Positions 9,543 to 18,603 of a stretch of 64,000 nt of DNA are shown here, piece by piece. The notes beneath the pieces were generated by a model. That model was not told the DNA's origin and did not search any database. It saw only the letters and a list, made by a program, of their open reading frames with translations. Each line of letters begins with the position of its first letter. The first letter of the stretch is position 1. The stretch covers positions 298,126 through 362,125 of the forward strand of contig JAFVBJ010000003.1 in assembly GCA_017480035.1 (NCBI GenBank). Reading direction: 5' to 3'. The position numbers and the translations under genes are program-made. This DNA is from Candidatus Saccharimonadota bacterium (GTDB taxonomy: Bacteria > Patescibacteriota > Saccharimonadia > Saccharimonadales > Saccharimonadaceae).

Positions 9543-10982
9543 ATGGGTCTATTTGATAGAATTAGAAATGAACTAAAAGAAGAAAGATCTCCAGCGAAAA
9601 CTGGTTGGGAAAATATGGACGTGCGCCAGGAGCAGTCTGTCGAAAATGAGCGCCAGTCCGAAGTTCAGAAAAAACGCCAATACGATAAACTCATCCAAGT
9701 TTTGAAGCCTCAAACTCCAGACGTCTCGAAAGTTATGGGCGAGCCGGAGCCTGCCGGTCCAAACGACGAAGATATTGTTCTCGCGAAAATCGCCTATGGC
9801 CAGACTACGAGCAAAGATTTTGAAATGGTTTTAAACAACATTAAAGGCCCGCTCACTGATCGTTACGGCGAACAAAGCGAAAAAGCCATCTTTGGCGCAT
9901 TTTCGCGCATCTCAGACGACAAACATCAACTAAAAATGTTACAATTTGCAATCGGCCAAAATCCTGACGACTATAACAAAGCTGAACCTGATGCTGTTTC
10001 GCTCGCAGCTGACACATTTAAAAACCCAATGCAATTTGAAGCGAAAATGGAACCGTTCATGACCTATCTCGCAGAGCATAACTCTCCTGAAAAAGTCAAA
10101 GAATACGAAGAAGCTTTTGACGACTTATCAAAAAATCTTTTCGGAAAGAAATATGAATACTTCAAACGCATGCAGGAACTGACCGCCAAATCGGCTCGAA
10201 TTTTTGGCGCACCAGAAAAATCCCCATTAGTTCCGGAAGGTATCCCAGTAGTTGAAACCGAAAAATCGAGCGAACGCTTAATTAAAGGTGGCAGCTACTA
10301 CCAAATTTCACGTGCCCAAGCTAAAAATGGCATTCGTGCTGAATTTGGCCGCACGCTCGAATACGACCAAGATTGTGAAGATTCAAGTTTTGTCGACCCA
10401 GACAAAGGTTTCTTCGGCGTTTTTGATGGTGCTGGCGGACACGTTGGTGGACGTCGCGCTTCGAGTATCGGCGCCGCAACGATGGCGGACATGATGCGTC
10501 AATTTGGAGAACCAAAAACTCCAGCTGACCTTTCAGATTGGCTCGACGAAGCTTCGCGTCGTGTCTCAAATGACCCTAGTGCCGGTTACGCCACCGCCAC
10601 TCTCGCAAAAGTCATCAACAGTCAAAACGGCAAAAAGGCTGTGATATACGCCCAAGTTGGCGATTCCAGACTCTATATTATCCATAAAAATGGCCAAGCT
10701 GAGCTCGTCACGAAAGACGAAGGTTTTGAAAATAAAATTACAAACGCTCTCGGTTACGACCAAGACACTACTTGTCGTCAAGCCGGCTATCGTGAACTTG
10801 TGCCTGGCGACAAAATCATGCTTTGTTCCGACGGCATCACTGGCGACAAAGGTACTGATTTGATGAGCGAACAAGAAGTTGGCGCTATCGTTTCTGGTGT
10901 TGACACGGCTTATGCAGCTCAAGCTCTCGTTCATCAAGCCAGAAAAAGCGACGATCGCACGGCAATCGTCGCTGAAGTATAA
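9543..10982 (+). CDS. PP2C/PPM-family Ser/Thr phosphatase with long unknown N-terminal region
   Basis: CEDS, FGVFDGAGG, VGDSRLY, MLCSDGIT, DDRTAIV motifs in the C-terminal half. Confidence 0.85.
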   Translation: MGLFDRIRNELKEERSPAKTGWENMDVRQEQSVENERQSEVQKKRQYDKLIQVLKPQTPDVSKVMGEPEPAGPNDEDIVLAKIAYGQTTSKDFEMVLNNIKGPLTDRYGEQSEKAIFGAFSRISDDKHQLKMLQFAIGQNPDDYNKAEPDAVSLAADTFKNPMQFEAKMEPFMTYLAEHNSPEKVKEYEEAFDDLSKNLFGKKYEYFKRMQELTAKSARIFGAPEKSPLVPEGIPVVETEKSSERLIKGGSYYQISRAQAKNGIRAEFGRTLEYDQDCEDSSFVDPDKGFFGVFDGAGGHVGGRRASSIGAATMADMMRQFGEPKTPADLSDWLDEASRRVSNDPSAGYATATLAKVINSQNGKKAVIYAQVGDSRLYIIHKNGQAELVTKDEGFENKITNALGYDQDTTCRQAGYRELVPGDKIMLCSDGITGDKGTDLMSEQEVGAIVSGVDTAYAAQALVHQARKSDDRTAIVAEV

Positions 10983-11672
10983 CTATTTCTCCGGTTCCTT
11001 GAACCACACACAGTAATCGCGATATAATTGCGGGATTCTGCCGAGTCCAAAATTGGCTTTCATTGGTGCATAAATTCCGCCACTCAAAGCGTCTTTGACT
11101 GAGCGTTCAAGTTCCTCTAGATGCGAACACCACACTTTACTTGTGCTATATTCGTATTCGTCCGAATTTAGAATTATTCTCTTCTCGGCTTCGATACAAG
11201 CTTGTAGTTTTTTGTTGTGTGGTCGCAGAATCTCGAAAAATTTTAACGTCGAGAAAGCTAAATCAAGATCGAGATTCCTCGCAAGGCAAAGCGCATGCCA
11301 ACCCGGCTCTTTTGGCGAAGAAACTTCCGGTCCGAAAATTCGGATTTGAATATCAAACACTTCGTCGTCGTCCAAAACAAGATTGAACCACTTTTTCTTA
11401 AGGATTACCTCGCCCGGATTTTTACCCGCAAAGGAAAAAGCGAGAGCTGTCTTTGACTCAGAGTTCCCGTTGTCGAAGAATTTCATCTCGAAATTTCCAC
11501 GCGAAATCTCCGGCCAAGAAAATCTTGTGTCCTCATTAGACTGCAAAACTGCATGAAGCAGAGCTGCTAATCGTTTTTCGTCATTTTCCGACAAATAACG
11601 TGCTGCTTCCTGGGCAATCAATCCATTCGGCGGATGTACGTGCTCCAAATTTGCTTCAGGATAGAATGACAT
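10983..11672 (-). CDS. Hypothetical protein
   Basis: Long ORF; start reassigned to ATG 11672 (GAGGTGG upstream, -10 TGATATAAT near 11742-11750). Confidence 0.65.
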   Translation of the reverse strand: MSFYPEANLEHVHPPNGLIAQEAARYLSENDEKRLAALLHAVLQSNEDTRFSWPEISRGNFEMKFFDNGNSESKTALAFSFAGKNPGEVILKKKWFNLVLDDDEVFDIQIRIFGPEVSSPKEPGWHALCLARNLDLDLAFSTLKFFEILRPHNKKLQACIEAEKRIILNSDEYEYSTSKVWCSHLEELERSVKDALSGGIYAPMKANFGLGRIPQLYRDYCVWFKEPEK

Positions 11673-11791
11673 AGAAAACCACCTCTTTCTAAAAAAATAG
11701 TTATAAAAGAACAAAGTGAGCGTTGTTGCTCACCTGCTACAATTATATCATAGTTAAGGCAAAGAAACTATCCCGTGCTATAATATCAGAA

Positions 11792-12859
11792 ATGGATGCG
11801 TTCTATACTTCCACTGTTTTGGCTGAGACTATGGGTTTGTATTTTCCAGATTTCAAAAAAGAAGAAATCCGCATTCTCGAACCATCTGTCGGAACTGGCA
11901 ATTTACTGCCCGAAATTTTCAAAAAATATCAAAATAAAAAAGTTGTGATTGATGTTTTTGATGTTGATGAAAAAGTTTTGAAAAACCTCAAAAAATCTTT
12001 ACGCGAGATTCCGAAAAATTTCAAAATAAATTATTTTTGTGAAGATTTTTTGTCACATAATTTTCACGCAAATTATGATTTTATTGTTGCGAATCCGCCG
12101 TTCACTTTTGCGCAAGAATTTCTCGAAAAATGTTTGACGCTCGGCAATAAAATCGCAATGATTATGCCAAAAACTTTTTTGAGCTCCGAGAAATTTCGTC
12201 GCACGCGGGATTTTATCGAAAATATTGAAATCGAAAACATTTTAGATTTTGGCGAACGCGGATTTTCTGATGTAAAAATCGAAACGATATGTCTTTTTTT
12301 GAATGCAAACGGAAAACCAAGCGAGCATCAAAAATACATCACGGACAAATCATTTCCGTATTGGCTGCTTTATCGAAACGAAAAATTTGATAAATTTTTC
12401 AAAAAACTCGAACTCGGAATTTTTGATGTTGCGCGCGACCGCGATTTGAAAAATGAATTTTTATCATCCGAGAAATCTCCTGAAAACAATATTTGGGTTT
12501 TGCGTTCAAGAAATATCGCAAAAAACGGATTGAAACATTTTGAAAAATACGATAGATATACTTCAAAAGAAAATTTAAAAGGCACAAAAGCGGTAAAATT
12601 TTTGAATCGTGATGATGTTTTTCTTGTCCCAAACATGGCCGAAAAAATCCGCATTGCGAAAAAATCCAAAAATGTTGTTTGTAATGGCTCGGTTGCGATT
12701 TTGATTCCAAAGAATAATATAGAAATTTTCGAAAAAGATGTAGAGTTTTTTGAAAGTGATGAGTTTAACGAGTTTTATGACATTGCAACGAATCGCGCGA
12801 CCCGCTCAAGAAATATCGACAAAAATTCAGTTTTCTTCTTTGGAAAAAACCGAAGATGA
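11792..12859 (+). CDS. Orphan amino (N6-adenine-type) DNA methyltransferase, Eco57I/TaqI-like catalytic core
   Basis: Motif I ILEPSVGTGNLL, motif IV VANPPF, DFGERGFSDVKIET; AT-rich sequence; start at ATG 11792 after TGCTATAAT. Confidence 0.82.
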   Translation: MDAFYTSTVLAETMGLYFPDFKKEEIRILEPSVGTGNLLPEIFKKYQNKKVVIDVFDVDEKVLKNLKKSLREIPKNFKINYFCEDFLSHNFHANYDFIVANPPFTFAQEFLEKCLTLGNKIAMIMPKTFLSSEKFRRTRDFIENIEIENILDFGERGFSDVKIETICLFLNANGKPSEHQKYITDKSFPYWLLYRNEKFDKFFKKLELGIFDVARDRDLKNEFLSSEKSPENNIWVLRSRNIAKNGLKHFEKYDRYTSKENLKGTKAVKFLNRDDVFLVPNMAEKIRIAKKSKNVVCNGSVAILIPKNNIEIFEKDVEFFESDEFNEFYDIATNRATRSRNIDKNSVFFFGKNRR

Positions 12860-12935
12860 ACGATTGAACCAATTTTTAAAAGGCAAAAAATAACAAGGGC
12901 GTTAGTGGAATTTTAAAGTGATTCTTAAAGCTCAT

Positions 12936-12956
12936 AAAAAAGCGGGCCTGAGCCCG
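12936..12956 (-). terminator. Intrinsic terminator after tRNA-Arg
   Basis: CGGGC-TCAG-GCCCG followed by a T tract on the minus strand. Confidence 0.7.
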
Positions 12957-12958
12957 AG

Positions 12959-13035
12959 TGGTACCCGTGGAGGGACTCGAACCCCCGACACCTTGTTCCG
13001 AAGACAAGTGCTCTAATCCACTGAGCTACACGGGC
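12959..13035 (-). tRNA. tRNA-Arg(TCG)
   Basis: Cloverleaf GCCCGTG/CACGGGT, anticodon arm CTTGT-CT TCG GA-ACAAG, TTCGAGT loop, encoded CCA. Confidence 0.95.
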
Positions 13036-13093
13036 ATAAAAATATTTTACCACATTTTTCCCCAGAGTGCTACTTCTGTGGTATAATAAGCTT

Positions 13094-15313
13094 ATGGCAA
13101 AACGAAAGAAACGTAAATCTTCAAGAGAAGTAGCTCCTGAACATGAGCTTCCGGGTGGTTTCTGGCGTCAAGTTGGCGCAGTTGTTCTTCTTGCTCTCGC
13201 AGTCGTCCTCGTTATGACGTGGTTCGGCTCTGGTGGCACTATCTTAAACAACATTCATGCTGGCGCAACTTATGCGATTGGCTATGCAGCTTATTTCATT
13301 CCAATTTTGCTAGTCTATCTCGCTGTTTCGATTTTTCGCGCTGAAGGTAATCGCCTCCCAATCGTAACTTGGGTTGCGAGCTTTCTCATGGTCGCTTGGC
13401 TTTCTGGTATCTTCGGAATCCCTACTTTCGGTCAAGAAAACCCGACCGGTGGCGTCGTCGGCGAAGGCCTAAACACTCTCATGACTCAAATTCTCGATAA
13501 AGGTGTCGTTGTCTTTATCTATGTCGTTCTGATTTTTATCACTGGCATCTTCATTCTCGCGATTTCTCCAGCTTCCGTTTTTCGCTTCATTGGCGGACTT
13601 TTTCGTAGCACCAGAAAAAGCGAGGACCAAGAAAATGCAAAAATTGCGCGTCGTGCAAATGCCGAAGCAAGTTCCGCTCCAATTCGTGTTCGTGGCGGTA
13701 TTTCTGAAGCTGTCGCAAAAGCCGATGAAGAGAATAAAAAGCTTAATATCCATCGTCCAGCCGCCGAGAAAAAACCAGTCGAAGAAAAAGTCCCAGAGCG
13801 CGCACTCGTCGCTGTCTCTGATCCGAATTGGAAAATGCCTAGCACCGATCTTCTCTCGAAGAAGACGAATCCGCCTGATGGTGGCAACATCCAACAAAAC
13901 GCTGCGATTATTCGCCAAACTTACGAGCAATTCGGCATTAATGTTGAAATCGACGGCGCTAACGTCGGCCCGCGCGTCACGCAATATACTTTGAAGCCGC
14001 CTGCCGGCATCAACCTCGGAAAAATTACCGCTCGCGACAAAGAGCTCGCGATGAATCTCGCAGTCGACAAAATCCGTATCGAAGCTCCAATTCCTGGTAC
14101 AAACCTCGTCGGCGTTGAACTTCCGAACGCGCGCTCCGAAGGCGTTACTCTCCGTAGCCTTCTTGAATCTCCAGCTTGGAAAAAGGCCGATAAACCTCTA
14201 ACTTTTGTCGTCGGTAAAGATATTTCCGGCCAACCAATCATGGCAAACCTCGCCAAAATGCCACATCTTCTTATCGCCGGTACAACTGGTTCTGGTAAAT
14301 CCGTCATGACCAATATCTTGATTTCGAGTTTGCTTTATCGTAACGCTCCGAGTGATCTAAAACTTATCATCGTCGACCCGAAACAAGTTGAAATGGTCCA
14401 ATATGACGGCATCCCACATCTTCTCACCCCAATCATCAACTCGACCGACAAAGCTCTCTCGGCTATGAAATGGGCCGTAAACGAGATGGAGCGCCGCTAT
14501 ACGCAAATGGCGAGCGAACATGTTAAGAATATCGAAGATTACAACGCTAAAATCGCTAGTAGATCCGCCACCGTTAAAGATGAAGATGGCAACGACCAAC
14601 AACAAGAAGGCGCTAAAATGCCTTATATCGTCGTGATTATCGATGAGATGGCAGACCTCATGATGCAAGCCGGCAAAGACCTCGAACAGCCGATTGTCCG
14701 CATTGCCCAGAAAGGTCGTGCTGCTGGTATGCACCTTGTACTTGCAACTCAGCGTCCAGTCGTGAAAGTTATTACCGGCCTCATTAAGTCAAACGTCCCG
14801 GGTCGTATCGCTTTCGCCGTCAATAATAACCAAGATTCCCGCATCATGCTCGACATGGGTGGCGCCGAAAAATTGCTCGGTTCTGGCGATATGTTGATGC
14901 TTACGACCGAAATGATGGGTAAACCTCGTCGTATTCAGGGCGCTTTCGCTTCTGATGCCGAAATCGAAAAATTGACGAATTTCCTCCGCGAGCAACGCGC
15001 TCCAGAATATAATGACGAAGTTATCTCCCAAGCCGTTTCGGTTGGTCCTGGCGATGGAGGCTCAATCGGTGATTTTGGCCGTAAATATGACCCGAACGAC
15101 CCGCTAGTCCGAAAAGCTGTTGAGATTATGATTAGTAATGGTAAATTCAGTACCTCAATGCTCCAGACTTATCTCGGAAAAGGACATGGTTTTGTCTCTG
15201 GGCTCGCGCTTTGGTTTGGCGAAATTGGCGTAATCGGCGAAGCAAATGGCAACAAACCGCGTGATGTCCTTATCAGCTCTCTCGAAGAATTCGACGAGCT
15301 CGCAAATCACTAG
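13094..15313 (+). CDS. ftsK: DNA translocase FtsK/SpoIIIE
   Basis: N-terminal TM helices; GPRVTQY, PHLLIAGTTGSGKS, DPKQVE, IIDEMADLM, LATQRP, GAEKLLGSGDML; start ATG 13094. Confidence 0.95.
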   Translation: MAKRKKRKSSREVAPEHELPGGFWRQVGAVVLLALAVVLVMTWFGSGGTILNNIHAGATYAIGYAAYFIPILLVYLAVSIFRAEGNRLPIVTWVASFLMVAWLSGIFGIPTFGQENPTGGVVGEGLNTLMTQILDKGVVVFIYVVLIFITGIFILAISPASVFRFIGGLFRSTRKSEDQENAKIARRANAEASSAPIRVRGGISEAVAKADEENKKLNIHRPAAEKKPVEEKVPERALVAVSDPNWKMPSTDLLSKKTNPPDGGNIQQNAAIIRQTYEQFGINVEIDGANVGPRVTQYTLKPPAGINLGKITARDKELAMNLAVDKIRIEAPIPGTNLVGVELPNARSEGVTLRSLLESPAWKKADKPLTFVVGKDISGQPIMANLAKMPHLLIAGTTGSGKSVMTNILISSLLYRNAPSDLKLIIVDPKQVEMVQYDGIPHLLTPIINSTDKALSAMKWAVNEMERRYTQMASEHVKNIEDYNAKIASRSATVKDEDGNDQQQEGAKMPYIVVIIDEMADLMMQAGKDLEQPIVRIAQKGRAAGMHLVLATQRPVVKVITGLIKSNVPGRIAFAVNNNQDSRIMLDMGGAEKLLGSGDMLMLTTEMMGKPRRIQGAFASDAEIEKLTNFLREQRAPEYNDEVISQAVSVGPGDGGSIGDFGRKYDPNDPLVRKAVEIMISNGKFSTSMLQTYLGKGHGFVSGLALWFGEIGVIGEANGNKPRDVLISSLEEFDELANH

Positions 15314-15406
15314 ACTTTTTCCACAACTTGTGCTAAAATATATCTAATATTAGCTCAGCAAACGACTATTTTATAAGTGCGTTTGCTTTAACCAAAGGAG
15401 TACAAA

Positions 15407-15766
15407 GTGAAACAGTATGAACTTACTGTCATGTTTCATCCTGATTTAGAGATGAACTTGACCCCTGCTGTTGAGAAGGTGAACAAAATCATCGAATCAG
15501 CAGAAGGCAAAATCGTCAAAGAGACGAACGAAGGTAAGAAACGCCTAGCTTACTCAATCAAGGGTAATGAATATGCGTGCTATTACTACTACGAACTCGA
15601 GCTTCCAGCTCAAGCACCGCAGAAAATTTCGTCTGCTTTGAACATCACTGACGAATCACTTCGTTATCTTCTCTGCGCTGTCGACCCACGCAAAGCTAAA
15701 TATGAAGCTTTGAAAAAATCGACCGAAAGCGAAGAAGAAAACGATGAAAATTCTGAAGAAAACTAG
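15407..15766 (+). CDS. rpsF: 30S ribosomal protein S6
   Basis: GTG start after AAGGAG; KQYELTVMFHP, GKKRLAYSI; rpsF-ssb-rpsR order. Confidence 0.95.
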   Translation: MKQYELTVMFHPDLEMNLTPAVEKVNKIIESAEGKIVKETNEGKKRLAYSIKGNEYACYYYYELELPAQAPQKISSALNITDESLRYLLCAVDPRKAKYEALKKSTESEEENDENSEEN

Positions 15767-15788
15767 AAATTAAAGAAGGAGTTTATTT

Positions 15789-16229
15789 ATGGCGCGGGGA
15801 TTTAGTAAAGCAATCATCATGGGCAATATCACGAGAGACCCTGAACTTCGTGCAATCCCTAGTGGAGCACAAGTCTGTTCTTTCAGTGTTGCCGTCAATC
15901 GCACTTTCAAAGGCAGCGACGGTGAAAACAAGGAAGCAGTTTCATTTATCAACTGTTCCGCCTGGGGAAAAGCTGCTGAAATTATCGCTCAATATGCGAA
16001 AAAAGGCACCGGCATCATGGTTTCCGGCCGTCTCGAACAGAGAAGCTATGAAGCTAAAGACGGTTCAAAACGTTCAGCTACCGAAATTATCGTTGAAGAT
16101 TTCAACTTCCTCGGTGGTCGCGACAGTGCCGGCGGCGCAAATGAAAGCGCTGGAGCTGCAGTTTCTGACGACATCGCACCAGATGATGTGCCTGATGAAC
16201 CAATCGACCTTAGTGACGTCCCGTTCTAA
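15789..16229 (+). CDS. ssb: Single-stranded DNA-binding protein
   Basis: KAIIMGNITRDPELR, VSGRL, acidic tail ending DVPF. Confidence 0.96.
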   Translation: MARGFSKAIIMGNITRDPELRAIPSGAQVCSFSVAVNRTFKGSDGENKEAVSFINCSAWGKAAEIIAQYAKKGTGIMVSGRLEQRSYEAKDGSKRSATEIIVEDFNFLGGRDSAGGANESAGAAVSDDIAPDDVPDEPIDLSDVPF

Positions 16230-16253
16230 GGTGAATAATTTAAAGGAGAAAAA

Positions 16254-16448
16254 ATGAGAAGGGTTAAAAACGATCCAAATCTTTACTTCGATTATCGCGA
16301 TGTAAAGACTTTGCAACGCTACATCGACGCTTATGGCCGCATTGAGCCAATCTCAAAGACTGGTCTCTCTGCAAAGCAACAACGCCAACTCGCTGTTGCG
16401 ATTAAGCGCGCACGACATCTTGCACTTTTGCCATTTGTCGCTGAATAA
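16254..16448 (+). CDS. rpsR: 30S ribosomal protein S18 (short, Zn-free form)
   Basis: [38 protein letters not shown]. Confidence 0.95.
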   Translation: MRRVKNDPNLYFDYRDVKTLQRYIDAYGRIEPISKTGLSAKQQRQLAVAIKRARHLALLPFVAE

Positions 16449-16487
16449 TAAATTAGGTTTGCTTTTTGCGGGCCAGAGAGGAAAAAT

Positions 16488-17048
16488 ATGTACGGACCAA
16501 CAGATTTGAAGAAAAATGTGCTGATCACACTTGACGGGCAACCGTACAAGGTGGTTGAGTACTCCCAAAAGGTAATGGGCCGTGGCGGTTCAATCGTGAA
16601 CGTCAAGGTGAAAAACCTCATCACTGGTGCTCTTCTTCCAAAGACTTTCAAAGGTCAGGAAAAAATCGAGCCAGCTGAAGTGACGAACAAACACGTCCAA
16701 TACCTCTATAAAGACGATGAAAAATTCTATTTCATGGATCCAGAATCGTTCGAACAATACGAACTCGCTGCCGACATGGTTGGCGACATGAAAGATTTCA
16801 TGAAAGATGGTGACGAGATGGATATCCAATTCTATAACGGAACTGCAATTAATCTCGTTCTTCCAAAGAACTTGTGGCTCGAAGTCACCTACACTGAAAC
16901 TGCAGTCAAAGGCGATACTTCAACCTCAGTCATGAAAGATGCCACACTCGAAACTGGAGTCGTGATCAAAGTTCCAGCATTCATCAAAGTTGGCGACATC
17001 GTCTCGGTCGACACTGATACTTACGATTATCGTGAGAGGAGAAAATAA
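16488..17048 (+). CDS. efp: Elongation factor P
   Basis: DLKKN, MGRGGSIVNVKVKNLITG (Arg-type loop), KGDTS, KDATLETGVVIKVPAFI. Confidence 0.95.
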   Translation: MYGPTDLKKNVLITLDGQPYKVVEYSQKVMGRGGSIVNVKVKNLITGALLPKTFKGQEKIEPAEVTNKHVQYLYKDDEKFYFMDPESFEQYELAADMVGDMKDFMKDGDEMDIQFYNGTAINLVLPKNLWLEVTYTETAVKGDTSTSVMKDATLETGVVIKVPAFIKVGDIVSVDTDTYDYRERRK

Positions 17049-17059
17049 TTAACTCTCTT

Positions 17060-17707
17060 GTGTCAAAGAGTCCGGCGCCAGTTTCGCGTGCCGAAGGAAA
17101 ACTTGCGGGCGCCGCTCGCGAGTTTTCTTATGATTTTCGTGATAAAACCGTGCTTGACATCGGCTCAAGCACCGGTGGCTTCACAGAATTCGCTCTAAAA
17201 TCCGGCGCAAAACACGTCATTGCTATCGAAAAAGGCACCAATCAGATGAAATCGCCACTTCGTCTTGACCCGCGTATCGACTTGCGCGAAAAAACTGATA
17301 TTTTTGACGTAGACCGCGAAGTTCTTGGCTCTTGCGAATATTTTGAAACGCTCGAAACACTCTCCCGTTCAAAATCTTCGTCAGCTCCAAAAACCCATAT
17401 CGACGCCATTTTAGCGGACGTTTCTTTTGTCTCACTCAAAAAAGTCTTGCTCCACGCAAAATATCATATCGCCTCGGTCGACACTGATTTTCTTGTCATG
17501 CTAAAACCTCAATTCGAAGCAAAACCGTTTGAACTGAAACGGGGAATTGTCAAAAACGAAAAAATCCGTCGCGACCTCATCAAAGATTTTGAAAAATGGC
17601 TCAAAACTCAAGGTTTCATCATCGTGAAAAAACGCGACAATGATTTTGCCGGCAAAAACGGCAACCTCGAACGCTTCTATCTCTTAAAACTCGCGAAGAA
17701 ATACTAA
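17060..17707 (+). CDS. tlyA: TlyA-family rRNA 2'-O-methyltransferase lacking the N-terminal S4 domain
   Basis: VSRAEGKL, LDIGSSTGGFT, DVSFVSL, LKPQFE, GKNGNLE. Confidence 0.85.
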   Translation: MSKSPAPVSRAEGKLAGAAREFSYDFRDKTVLDIGSSTGGFTEFALKSGAKHVIAIEKGTNQMKSPLRLDPRIDLREKTDIFDVDREVLGSCEYFETLETLSRSKSSSAPKTHIDAILADVSFVSLKKVLLHAKYHIASVDTDFLVMLKPQFEAKPFELKRGIVKNEKIRRDLIKDFEKWLKTQGFIIVKKRDNDFAGKNGNLERFYLLKLAKKY

Positions 17708-18550
17708 TTATTTCTTTTCACCGCCAAGTACGACGTTGTTAGCATGGAGCCAGCCTTCGACTGTTCCACCATCGAGATATTCGCCAGCGGTTCTCGCAAC
17801 GCGGATTGTTCCGCCTTTTTCGATGAACGATGCGAACGGGTCGGTAATCATGTATTCTTGGTCGTTCGGGCCAAAATCGTGTGAGTTGACATAGTCTACA
17901 ATTTCGCGAAGAAGTGACGGCGAAAGAATGTATTTCGAAACCGATGCCAGCCCAGTCACTTGTTCCGGTGCTGGTTTCTCTGTGATTTTTGTTAGACGTT
18001 CGTTCTCAATCGTGAGTGCGCCGCCATTTAAGAGCGCTTCATACGGATGGTCAATTCCGAGAATGACCGATTCATCTTCGCCTTGTATCGCCTTAGTGAG
18101 CGAAGTCGCCGAAGATTCGCCATCCGGATTCCAAATAAAATCGTCACCCATGAAACAATAAACCGGTTCGTTGATGTTGTATTCTTCAACCACCATCGCA
18201 ACCGGCACCGCAGTACCATAGCGCCCCGATGGGTCTTGAATCGTATAGTGAATTGTCACATCTTCCGGCAAAGTTTTTGCGAGCTCGAGCCTGTCCTTTT
18301 TTCCGCGCTCAATCAGATAATTATTCAGCGCGAGATTATCTTTATAAAACTCTTGGACTTGGCAAGGCTCGACATTTGAAATCACCATATAAATATCTTT
18401 TACGCCCGCCTCAATCAGCTCTTGTACCGAGTAGTCGACTAGCGGTCTATTTCCGACTGGAAGCATCGATTTTTCAATAATTTTTGTGATTGGAAGCCTG
18501 CGCGTTCCCCAGCCTGCAACAGGGATGATTGCTTTAGTGATTTTCTTCAT
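17708..18550 (-). CDS. galU: UTP-glucose-1-phosphate uridylyltransferase-like sugar-phosphate nucleotidyltransferase
   Basis: KAIIPVAGWGTRRLPITK, KSMLPVGNRPLVDY, EKP, YLDGG. Confidence 0.85.
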   Translation of the reverse strand: MKKITKAIIPVAGWGTRRLPITKIIEKSMLPVGNRPLVDYSVQELIEAGVKDIYMVISNVEPCQVQEFYKDNLALNNYLIERGKKDRLELAKTLPEDVTIHYTIQDPSGRYGTAVPVAMVVEEYNINEPVYCFMGDDFIWNPDGESSATSLTKAIQGEDESVILGIDHPYEALLNGGALTIENERLTKITEKPAPEQVTGLASVSKYILSPSLLREIVDYVNSHDFGPNDQEYMITDPFASFIEKGGTIRVARTAGEYLDGGTVEGWLHANNVVLGGEKK

Positions 18551-18603
18551 ACCTACCTTTCATTATAGCATATTTTTACGTTTTTGTCAATGCTTATGCT
18601 TTT

